In this document: in pieces, positions 45,476 to 55,600 of the stretch | How the letters are laid out: each line of letters starts with the position of its first letter | Numbering within the stretch: position 1 is the first letter of the stretch | Assembly: GCA_965644315.1 (NCBI GenBank) | Contig: CBFFRQ010000050.1 | Span: 1-64,000 of the forward strand | DNA from: Caecitellus pseudoparvulus | Lineage: Eukaryota; Protista; Bigyra: Bicosoecida | Direction: 5' to 3' | Length of the DNA: 64,000 nt | The notes under the pieces: generated by a model | Seen by the model: only the letters and a program-made list of their open reading frames with translations | What the model was told of the DNA's origin: nothing | The model's database searches: none | Program-made: the position numbers and the translations under genes

Positions 45476-48400
45476 TCAAATCATATCCTTCAAGTCATCA
45501 AACTGGGCCGCTTGCTGCCTGACACTGTCTGGGATCTTGCGATCACCCGTCAGCGCCAGCAGCTCACGCACCACATCCACGTGGCCGTTCTGGCAGGCAT
45601 GTCGGAAGCCGTACTCAGGGTTGCCATTGAAGCCAGCATGCACATCCACAGCTCGATCGCCCGTCAGCGCCAGCAGCTCACGCACCACATCCACGTGGCC
45701 ATTCGCACAGGCGGTCCGGAAGCCGTACTCAGGGTTGTCTCCGACCCCTGCATGCACATCCACAGCTCGATCACCCGTCAGCGCCAGCAGCTCACGCACC
45801 ACATCCACGTGGCCATCCGCACAGGCGATCCGGAAGCCATACTCAGGATCGCCATTGAAGCCAGCATGCACATCCACAGCACGGTCACCCGTCAGCGCTA
45901 GCAGCTCCCGCACCACATCCAAGTGCCCTTCCGCACAGGCAAGCCGGAAACCATACTCAGGCACACCCTTGAAGCCTGCGTGAACATCCACGGCTCGATC
46001 ACCCGTCAGCGCCAGCAGCTCACGCACCACATCCACGTGCCCATACTGACAGGCAGCTCGGAAGCCATACTCAGGGTTGTCTCCGACCCCTGCATGCACA
46101 TCCACGGCTCGGTCGCCCGTCAGCGCCAGCAGCTCACGCACCACATCCACGTGGCCATTCGCACAGGCGGTCCGGAAGCCGTACTCTGGATCGCCCCCGA
46201 CCCCTGCATGCACATCCACAGCTCGATCACCCGTCAGCGCCAGCAGCTCACGCACCACATCCACGTGGCCGTTCGCACAGGCAAACCGGAAGCCGTACTC
46301 TGGATCGCCCCCGACCCCTGCATGCACATCCACAGCTCGATCACCCGTCAGCGCCAGCAGCTCACGCACCACATCCACGTGGCCATCCGCACAGGCGATC
46401 CGGAAGCCATACTCAGGATCGCCATTGAAGCCAGCATGCACATCCACGGCTCGATCACCAGTCAGCGCCAGCAGCTCACGCACCACATCCACGTGGCCGT
46501 TCTGGCAGGCAAACCGGAAGCCGTACTCAGGATCGCCATTGAAGCCAGCATGCACATCCACAGCTCGATCACCAGTCAGCGCCAGCAGCTCACGCACCAC
46601 ATCCACGTGGCCGTTCTGGCAGGCAAACCGGAAGCCGTACTCAGGATCGCCATTGAAGCCAGCATGCACATCCACAGCTCGATCACCAGTCAGCGCCAGC
46701 AGCTCACGCACCACATCCACGTGGCCATCCTGGCAGGCAAACCGGAAGCCGTACTCAGGGTTGTCTCCGACCCCTGCATGCACATCCACGGCTCGATCAC
46801 CCGTCAGCGCCAGCAGCTCACGCACCACATCCACGTTGCCGCTCGCACAGGCAGCTCGGAAGCCAGCCTCAGGATCGCCCCCGACCCCAGCGTGCACATC
46901 CACGGCTCGATCACCCGTCAGCGCCAGCAGCTCACGCACCACATCCACGTGGCCGTTCGCACAGGCAGCTCGGAAGCCGTACTCAGGATCGCCCCCGACC
47001 CCAGCGTGCACATCCACGGCTCGCTCACCCGTCAGCGCCAGCAGCTCACGCACCACATCTACATGTCCTTTCGCACAGGCGAGCTGGAAGCCACCCTCAG
47101 GGTCGCCTCCAAGCCCAGCATGCACGTCCACCTCACGATGCCCAGTCAGAGCCAGCAGCTCCCGCACCACATCCACGTGGCCGTTCGCACAGGCAAACCG
47201 GAAGCCGTACTCTGGATCGCCCCCGACCCCTGCATGCACATCCACAGCTCGATCGCCAGTCAGCGCCAGCAGCTCACGCACCACATCCACGTGGCCATTC
47301 GCACAGGCGATCCGGAAGCCGTACTCAGGATCGCCATTGAAGCCTGCATGCACATCCACGGCTCGATCACCCGTCAGCGCCAGCAGCTCACGCACCACAT
47401 CCAGGTTGCCGTTCTGGCAGGCAGCTCGGAAGCCAGCCTCCCTATCGGCATGCACATCCACGGCTCGATCACCCGTCAGCGCCAGCAGCTCACGCACCAC
47501 ATCCACGTGGCCATCCGCACAGGCAAACCGGAAGCCGTACTCAGGGTTGTCTCCGACCCCTGCATGCACATCCACGGCTCGATCACCAGTCAGCGCCAGC
47601 AGCTCACGCACCACATCCACGTGGCCATCCGCACAGGCGGTCCGGAAGCCGTACTCAGGATCGCCATTGAAGCCAGCATGCACATCCACAGCTCGATCAC
47701 CCGTCAGCGCCAGCAGCTCACGCACCACATCCACGTGGCCGTTCGCACAGGCAAACCGGAAGCCGTACTCTGGATCGCCCCCGACCCCTGCATGCACATC
47801 CACAGCTCGATCACCCGTCAGCGCCAGCAGCTCACGCACCACATCCACGTGGCCATTCGCACAGGCGATCCGGAAGCCATACTCAGGATCGCCATTGAAG
47901 CCAGCATGCACATCCACGGCTCGATCGCCAGTCAGCGCCAGCAGCTCACGCACCACATCCACGTGGCCGTTCTGGCAGGCAAACCGGAAGCCGTACTCTG
48001 GATCGCCCCCGACCCCTGCATGCACATCCACAGCTCGATCACCAGTCAGCGCCAGCAGCTCACGCACCACATCCACGTGGCCATTCGCACAGGCGGTCCG
48101 GAAGCCGTACTCAGGATCGCCATTGAAGCCAGCATGCACATCCACAGCTCGATCGCCAGTCAGCGCCAGCAGCTCACGCACCACATCCACGTGGCCGTTC
48201 TGGCAGGCAAACCGGAAGCCGTACTCTGGATCGCCCCCGACCCCTGCATGCACATCCACAGCTCGATCACCAGTCAGCGCCAGCAGCTCACGCACCACAT
48301 CCACGTGGCCATTCGCACAGGCGGTCCGGAAGCCATACTCAGGATCGCCATTGAAGCGAGCATGCACATCCACAGCTCGATCGCCAGTCAGCGCCAGCAG

Positions 48401-50224
48401 CTCACGCACCACATCCACGTGGCCATCCGCACAGGCGGTCCGGAAGCCGTACTCAGGGTTGTCTCCGACCCCTGCATGCACATCCACAGCTCGATCGCCA
48501 GTCAGCGCCAGCAGCTCACGCACCACATCCACGTTGCCACTCCTGCACGCGTCCTGGAAGGCAGCTGTCGAGTCCATTCCAGAACTCACTGCTTTGTCAG
48601 GAGGAGGTCGCCTTGCGACAGGCTCCTCTTGCCCCCTTTCGCCGGACTGCACCCGCTTCGACAAAGCCTCAAAGGCGCGTGCTGCACGCTGCAGCCCCTC
48701 CACGCCCTCACCCAGCGCAAGGCATGCCATCACATAAGCACCCATGCACCGACTTCCACCGCCTTCCACGGCCTCCAGCGCACGGGCTACCGCCTGACCA
48801 CCGACCTCACCGCTGCCCACGAACACCTGCCCTGCGCCCCCTGCACCTGCCCCTGCGCCCCCCCCGACGCCCAGCACACTCCGCACCACGCCTGACACAC
48901 CCGCACTCCCACCTCCAACACCCGCACCCTCCTGCCCACCACCTCGCCACACACCAGCACATGCACTCAGCAACACCTCACACCCACCCCCATCCAGTGC
49001 CCCCACCAGATCACCCACACTGTCACTCTCCACTCCCACCACCACAAAGCTCCCAACACCCACACCACCCACCTCCACTCCACACGCCTCCGCCACAGCA
49101 CACGCCCCCAACACCCGCACAGCCACGCGCTGCTTCACATCCAGCCCAACATCGCACCACGCCTCGTCGTCCAAGAACGTGCTCAGCGGCCACCCCAACT
49201 CGCACTGCACCTGCACTGCAATCGTGCTTCGCTCCCCCACCGGCTCGTCAGCCCTGCCATCGATGCAAGCATGCTTCAACGCCACTCGGTGTGGCCGCTG
49301 CGCCATCCGAGGCAGCCCCAGACCGACCCGGACGCCTTCAGCACGCTTCAGCCTCGCCACACTCCCCTTCAACACACCCACACCAACACTCAACACCGAC
49401 GCCCACTCTTCAACGTCCGCAGCGACAGTGCCAGGGTCAGGGACGATGTGACTCTCCACAATGCTCACACTTGCCGTGGCGCTGTTCTTGCACACCACAC
49501 CCTCCGCCACATCAGCACCTGACACAGACACCAGCCTCCGACTCGCGATCCCATTACCACACCCCAACAGCCCCCGCAGCTCTTCCACCGCAGTCGCCGC
49601 TGACTCCAAGTGCGCCGCTGCACCCTCGCTCATCAGCTCACCTGCTGCGCCGCCACGTAGCCACTCCGCCTGCTGATGCATGAATGCCAATGCATCTACC
49701 ATGGCATCATCGCCACCGCCGCCACTACCCTCCACACCGGCACCAGCCACCGCTGCATCCGCAACCGGCACCTCCCGCTCGCCCCACCATCGTGTCAAGT
49801 CCGCCAGTGCACCCTCTGCACTCACCCCACGCCGCACACTGCCCCACGCACCCACCACATCACCCCACACCGCATCCCCGTTCGGCACGGCATCCACGCC
49901 CACACCAGACACCGCCTGACGCAGCACACCCATCGCAGCGAAGCACCGGAACGACAAGTACTCCAGCGCGTCACGCACCTCCCCGCGATCAATCTGCCCC
50001 GCCAACACTCCAGCCCGCTCCAACAGAGCACCTCCTGCATCACGCAGCAGCCCATCCAGCTCCGCCAGGCTCATGTCCGGGGCGTCTCCATCTGCACCAG
50101 GTGCTTCTCCTCGACCAATGGTCGCCAGCCCTCGCAGTGCTGCGCCATGCTTCCACTCGCTCCCGGCCATGCACTTCAACTTCTCCAAACACCTCACCAC
50201 CATCTCCGGATTGAAATCCTCCAT
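45476..50224 (-). CDS. Large intronless ankyrin-repeat protein: helical N-terminus, possible degenerate kinase-like domain, 27 ANK repeats
   Basis: 1633-codon ORF (open to 50377; likely Met at 50224). Repeats xxxxPEYGFRxACxxGHVDVVRELLALTGDRAVDVH match the ankyrin consensus. Confidence 0.9.
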   Translation of the reverse strand: MEDFNPEMVVRCLEKLKCMAGSEWKHGAALRGLATIGRGEAPGADGDAPDMSLAELDGLLRDAGGALLERAGVLAGQIDRGEVRDALEYLSFRCFAAMGVLRQAVSGVGVDAVPNGDAVWGDVVGAWGSVRRGVSAEGALADLTRWWGEREVPVADAAVAGAGVEGSGGGGDDAMVDALAFMHQQAEWLRGGAAGELMSEGAAAHLESAATAVEELRGLLGCGNGIASRRLVSVSGADVAEGVVCKNSATASVSIVESHIVPDPGTVAADVEEWASVLSVGVGVLKGSVARLKRAEGVRVGLGLPRMAQRPHRVALKHACIDGRADEPVGERSTIAVQVQCELGWPLSTFLDDEAWCDVGLDVKQRVAVRVLGACAVAEACGVEVGGVGVGSFVVVGVESDSVGDLVGALDGGGCEVLLSACAGVWRGGGQEGAGVGGGSAGVSGVVRSVLGVGGGAGAGAGGAGQVFVGSGEVGGQAVARALEAVEGGGSRCMGAYVMACLALGEGVEGLQRAARAFEALSKRVQSGERGQEEPVARRPPPDKAVSSGMDSTAAFQDACRSGNVDVVRELLALTGDRAVDVHAGVGDNPEYGFRTACADGHVDVVRELLALTGDRAVDVHARFNGDPEYGFRTACANGHVDVVRELLALTGDRAVDVHAGVGGDPEYGFRFACQNGHVDVVRELLALTGDRAVDVHAGFNGDPEYGFRTACANGHVDVVRELLALTGDRAVDVHAGVGGDPEYGFRFACQNGHVDVVRELLALTGDRAVDVHAGFNGDPEYGFRIACANGHVDVVRELLALTGDRAVDVHAGVGGDPEYGFRFACANGHVDVVRELLALTGDRAVDVHAGFNGDPEYGFRTACADGHVDVVRELLALTGDRAVDVHAGVGDNPEYGFRFACADGHVDVVRELLALTGDRAVDVHADREAGFRAACQNGNLDVVRELLALTGDRAVDVHAGFNGDPEYGFRIACANGHVDVVRELLALTGDRAVDVHAGVGGDPEYGFRFACANGHVDVVRELLALTGHREVDVHAGLGGDPEGGFQLACAKGHVDVVRELLALTGERAVDVHAGVGGDPEYGFRAACANGHVDVVRELLALTGDRAVDVHAGVGGDPEAGFRAACASGNVDVVRELLALTGDRAVDVHAGVGDNPEYGFRFACQDGHVDVVRELLALTGDRAVDVHAGFNGDPEYGFRFACQNGHVDVVRELLALTGDRAVDVHAGFNGDPEYGFRFACQNGHVDVVRELLALTGDRAVDVHAGFNGDPEYGFRIACADGHVDVVRELLALTGDRAVDVHAGVGGDPEYGFRFACANGHVDVVRELLALTGDRAVDVHAGVGGDPEYGFRTACANGHVDVVRELLALTGDRAVDVHAGVGDNPEYGFRAACQYGHVDVVRELLALTGDRAVDVHAGFKGVPEYGFRLACAEGHLDVVRELLALTGDRAVDVHAGFNGDPEYGFRIACADGHVDVVRELLALTGDRAVDVHAGVGDNPEYGFRTACANGHVDVVRELLALTGDRAVDVHAGFNGNPEYGFRHACQNGHVDVVRELLALTGDRKIPDSVRQQAAQFDDLKDMI
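45542..48562 (-). repeat. Tandem array of 27 units of 114 bp (38 aa), one shortened to 34 aa
   Basis: CCGTCAGCGCCAGCAGCTCACGCACCACATCCACGT recurs with a 114-bp period (e.g. 45547, 45661). Confidence 0.97.
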
Positions 50225-50737
50225 GCCGGCATTTACTCCTCCAGATCCACCTATCCTCTGTCCTGATGCAGCTGCCTGCGCAATGGAGTGTGCCAAGAGG
50301 GCCGTGCCGCGAGCTCTCCATTGCGATGTGCCTTTCGGCAAGTACTGGCCATTGCGACACGCCGCACTCGACTGCACGCACCATGGGAGGTGCCCAGCTG
50401 GGTTGTGTCAAGTTCGGCTGAGGCCGTTATGATGCTTTGAGCAAGGCCAAACAGAGCCTACAGCTGTTGACTGTGTCTGCACGATCGCGAAGTAGCACAG
50501 TGGGCAACTTCCGCACCGTGCCAAGATTGCCTTCACGCGCACAGTGCAGGCCGTAAATCCAGTGACTGGGGCGACAAGACACGCCCCATGCATGCTGTGG
50601 ACTGTTACGTGTCAAAGGGCGTTGAAATTTTGGCAGCATCCAGTGTATTGCACCCGAAGGATGTCACCTTGCGTTGGAACGTGAAAGATCCTAGTTGCGG
50701 TCATCTTTACCTTCAGTCAGTGCACGTTGCAGTGCAT

Positions 50738-52218
50738 TCAAGCGCGCTCCTCGCTCGTGCCAGTCTCAGAGGCGCCCTCTCCAGCCCCAGCGGCAGCCTC
50801 GTACAGCGCAGCCACCTTGGTGGTGGTGCACTGCGTCATGGCCAGGAACGCTTCCTCCTCTGCACCCCCAGCCTTGCCCACCTCCTCCTCCGCCTCTGAC
50901 TCCAGCACAGCCATGAAGGCAGCCCCCTCGTCAGGGCACACCACCCGCGCCATGCAGTAGTTCAGCGCCACAGAGGCATTACGTCGGATGTCCTCTGTCG
51001 CCGCCATCTGCAGCGCTGCCAAGTGGGGTGCACACCGCTCATCGATAGTGGCGAGTGTGGCGGCAGCCTCTGCAGCGGGTCCGGGGGGGGCTGAGTCTGC
51101 CGGAGCGCTGGCGCCTGCTTGGGCAGAGCCGCCGTTCAGGGCCTTGTCCACAGCCTTGGGCCGGGCGTTGGGGTTCAGGCCGTCTGAGTAGAAGTACCCG
51201 CGTCGCAGTGCGGCCAAGGCGCGAGAGGGGAACATGGCCAGGCGGTCCAGGACAGCCTGGGGCGAGTCCAGGGCGGGGCGCACGTCCACGTGGATGGGCC
51301 CCGTCATGCCGTCTGCCGCCGCCTCTGGCGAGGGCGCGTCGTTTCGGGCGTTGTCGTAGTAGTAGTCGATGATGTATCGCACTTCCTTGTCCCCACGCGT
51401 GACGAACCAGTCGTGGCGGTCGAAGGGGTACCCGAACCCGAAGAAGCTCTTCACCTTGGCCTTCAGGGACAGGTCGTGCGGCTTGCCGGTGAAGCGGCGC
51501 AGGCGGGGGCCGCCTTCGTCGTGCTCGCTGCGGTGAGGATGGGGGGATGCAGTGCAGTGCGTGCGGGGTGCGCCTGGCCACGGCCGGTGGGGGCACGCAC
51601 TCGAGGTGTCGGTTTTCCCACTCCAGCAGGCGCTTCCACGTCGTCTCGTTCATATTGTTGTGGATGGCGATGACGACGCTCATGTCGTCCTCAGTGACGC
51701 CGTCGGCCTTGCCCTTGCGCGAGAGGGCATTGAAGAACATCTGCTCAGACGGATACGTCCACGTGCCGTCAGTTCCGCCCTTGGGGATGCTACTGACTTG
51801 GCGCTTGGTGCTCAGTTCCTTCGTCTGGCCAGGAGCAGGCAGCTGCAAGGCAATGGGGGGGCGGACGGGCGCGCTCGTGATACGCGGGGGGCGGTTCAAT
51901 TTCCGCATCCTCACCACGTACCTGGTTGGGGTTCTTCGGCATGTTGTTAGTCGGGTCCACTTCCTGCATGTACACGTTGTACACCTTTCCATCTTTGGAT
52001 CCCGGCTTCTGGTTGTCCGAGTGCATGGGGCAGGCACTGATGTCGCCGCCCACTGGGTGTCCAGCTGGCTTGCCTGTCGCTGCGCCGTGGTCCACCGGGC
52101 ACTTGCCGCTTGATGCAGGCGCTGGCGCGGGTGCTGGAGTAGCAGCTGCCCCTCCAGTGTGCATCGGGCATCCTGGGGGTGGCTCCTGCGCTGCCTGAGC
52201 ACTGACGGTGTTCCCCAT
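50738..52218 (-). CDS. HCCS: Holocytochrome c synthase (cytochrome c heme lyase), 2 introns
   Basis: N-terminal CPM/CPV heme motifs, WTYPSEQMFFNALSRKG, IHNNMNETTW, PFDRHDWFVTR, VRYIIDYY and DVRPALDS. Confidence 0.95.
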
Positions 52219-52629
52219 GGTAGTGACGTGATTCTTCGCAGGCACCTTGGAGCCAAAGAGACAGGCTAAAATGTGGAGTCGGGCACCGACGCGAAAGCGC
52301 CGATCTGCACTGTACAGCTTGATGCGATGTACCGCGAAAGCGTCAGTGGGAGTTTGGTTTTGGAACGCCTCTCTGACTGGTGCTGCCAGTGCAAGGGTGC
52401 GTGCTGCGGGGTGCTCTGGCTTGCAGCAACTGTGTGCTGTGAGCGTTGACAGCCAAATCCCGTGCCCCAGCCGCTCCTTCTCAAAGCGGTTCCCTTGCAT
52501 GCAGCGCATGGGAATTCAAGCTTTCTAAGAAAACCGTGCGCCTTCCTCCTCCGCCCTACCTCCACCCTACACTCCAGGAGGCGGCACTGTGGACCGTCGC
52601 CCGTGCGGTTTTTGGCCTGCTCTGGCGCC

Positions 52630-55600
52630 ATGGCGAGCAGCTCCACATGGACTGCTGAAGACAGCCTGACAGGCCAGCAGTTCCGCCGCACGCGGCAATC
52701 TTCCTCCTTAACGCAGCCTGCAAGCGGCATTGACGCCATGCTGCAGGCAGTGCAGCATGGCGGACCTGTGCTGGCCATGCGTGACCGGGGCATCACGGCA
52801 GCTGCGGTGGAGGTGTTGGTGGCCTCCAGCGCCTTCTCCGGCCTGCACACGATCGTGCTGAACGGCAACCGCATCGGCAACGTCGGCGCACGCATCTTGC
52901 TGGAAGGCGTCATGGCCTGTGGCGGCGCCCTGCCCCTCGCCACCCTGCACCTGCGCGACTGCTACATCTCAGCAGAGGGCGCAGCGGCCATGGCATCGGC
53001 CCTTCCCAGCGCACAGCACCTGCAGGAGCTGGATGTCTCCGACAACATGCTGCAGTCTCGGGGCGTGTCGGCGCTGGCAGGCGCCTTGCCCCTGCTGCCC
53101 AGCTTGCGCCGCCTCGCGTGTGACAACACCTACGCTCTGTCCGAGGGGGTGTCTGCACTGGCCGCCTCGGGGGCCAGCTGTGGCAGCCTCTCCCACATCT
53201 CCTGTGCCGGCAACCACCCGGGAGATGTGGGTGTGACGGCCATGGCGAGCCTGGTGCAGGCCTCGCGTAGCCTGCGCTACCTGGACCTCAGCTCCACGCC
53301 ACACCCCGCTGGGCCCTGGTCGGGGGCACCCCCCTCCATCGCAGCGCATGCTGCTGGGGGGCTGCCGCCAGATCCCTCCTTCGCCGCCCACAGACCCGGT
53401 GGGGAGAGCTGTGTCCAGCTGTCCTGGGGCGCGGCCACCCACAGCACCCCTCCTAGTGTCCTGGGCAGCTCCAGCGCCAGCATCTCCAAGGCGCTGTCCC
53501 GCACTGTGTTCGCCCACCGCAGGGGGGGGGTGGAGCCCGGCACGGTTACTGCCCTGGCCCACGCAGCTGCGCAAGCACAGGGCCTGCAGCACCTCGCCCT
53601 CCGCGGCCTGCGCCTGCCCCTGCCCACCCTGCAGGCGCTGCTGGAGGCAGTGGCAGGCGTGGGGGACGAGGGGCCCCCGTCGCTGTGCTCGCTGGACCTG
53701 GCACACAACCCCCAGCCGTTGGCGGAGGGGGCGGAGCTGGGCCAGGCGGCCCTGCAGTGTGCCCAGCGCCACACACACTTGGTGCACCTGGACCTGGTGG
53801 GGGACGGCGTGCCGGGAGAGGACATGGATGCCCTGGCCAGGCAGCTGGCGCAGAATGCCGTGGCGTACGCTCGAGGGCGCGCCGACGCCGACCTGCGCAA
53901 GCAGGTCGCAGCTGCCGAGGAGGAGGTCGCATCCCTGCGCTCCCAGCGCGAGGTCGCCGCGCAAGCTCAAAGCACGGCTCAGAGCAGCCAGCAGGAGCTG
54001 CAGGTGACATCTCTCACTCTGAGCGAGGAGGTGGAGGAGGGGGGGGGGTCGCTAGCCGCCCCCGACCCCGCCCTCACGGCCCGCCTGGCCGCCTTGGCAA
54101 AGGAGGCCTCAGCCCTGCGCCACTCCCTGCCCGAGCTGCAGAGTGCGGCGGCGGCAGCGGAAGCCGCCCAGGCAGCAGAGGAGGCGCGAGTGGCCACCCT
54201 GACGCAGCGTGTGGCCGCCGCCCGGGCCGCCCGGCAGTCCATGGCCCAGGCTGTCGCCACGGCCGAGACAGAGGCACAGGCGCTGCGGCGGCAAGTGCAG
54301 GGCCTGGAGGAGGCCACGGCACGCCACAGGGCACGGGAGGCGGCTGCCGAGGCGGCGGCCGTGTCCTTGGAGGCAGAGCTGCTGGCCCTGCAGGATGCCG
54401 TGGCGGCGGGGAACGCGGAGTTGCACGCCATGCGAGTCACTCGCGACGCCCTCCGACGTAGCACCGTCCCGGCAGCGGCGGCGGCAGAGGCGTCGGCGCG
54501 GGTGGCCGCCACTGCGGCAGCCACGCGCGAGGCCGACTTGCGGGGGCGTGTGGCAGCCTCCGCGGCCTTGGCTGAGAGTGTGCGCCACGCTGTGGCCAAC
54601 GAGCGCCATGCACTGGCCACCGCCCCCCTGCGTCTGCCCGAGACGCCCGCCGTGCCCCTCACGCCCCTCGCGCCGCGCACAGTGCTGGTGTCCCCAGCAG
54701 CCTCCTCGCCGCCCCAGCCCCCCACGCCAGAGGACGAGTCGCCCCCCCCAGGCACGCCCCCGGCGTCGCCGCCGCCGCCACTCCCCATGCCCTCCCCCTC
54801 ACCCGAGGCGTTCCCCCTGGAGCCGGAGGTGACGCCGGGCGGCAAGGAGGGGGGTCGCCCCAGCACCCTGGCTGAGGCCCTGGAGGACCTCGTGGACCCC
54901 GCCGCCTCCGCTCTACATGTGCACGCAGCTGTGGCGCTGCGGGCTGGGACGGAGCCTGCCAAGGGGCGGGTGTTGCTGCAGCCAGTGGCGTGGCCTCCCC
55001 TGGCGGGGGAGACGCGTGATGGCGCCGCAGTGGACCCCGCCGCCCAGCACTGCCAGCTGACCTTGCGGGGGCTGTACGACGTGGGTGTCGCCCGGCAGGA
55101 CGCGGTGCTGGAGGTTCGCTTCGGGCGGGGCGCAGGCGCCACCTCCCCGGGCCCCGGCTCCCCTGCTGGCGTGGTGTCCCCCTTCAGCCCCGGCAGCCAG
55201 CGCAGGTGTGCTGTGCTGGCGTCCTGGGTGACGTCCGTCCGCATCCTGCGGGGGTCCATCACCTCCATCACGCTTGGGCTGCAAGGTGCCCCCCACGGCG
55301 CACCGCCCTGCCTGCGCATCGTCGTGTCAGTGCCGGCTGTGGCGCGGGCCTTCCTAGAAGCACTTGCCAGGCATTTGCCTGCGGCCCAAGCGGCCTCCCT
55401 GACCCCCGCCGCAGCCGACCTGTACCTGTCGTCAGCGGAGGAGGGGGAGCGGACACCGCCGCCCTCACAGCAGGGTTCGCCTGTGGGGCAGGCCGACGCT
55501 GGGGAGGAGACGGAGGAGGAGCAGGTGCAGTGCGTGCCCAGCAGCCCGCCGGTGCTGGTCATGTCCCCCGCTGGTTCGGAGAGTGACTCGGAGGGTGGGC

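Noticed and set aside
45542-48562. CRISPR-like repeat/spacer appearance of the 114-bp array
   Set aside because: The units are an in-frame coding ankyrin repeat, the variable parts are recurrent alleles rather than unique spacers, there are no cas genes, and the context is eukaryotic.
45923-48895. 990-aa and 886-aa plus-strand ORFs
   Set aside because: They are antisense shadows of the stop-free tandem repeat.
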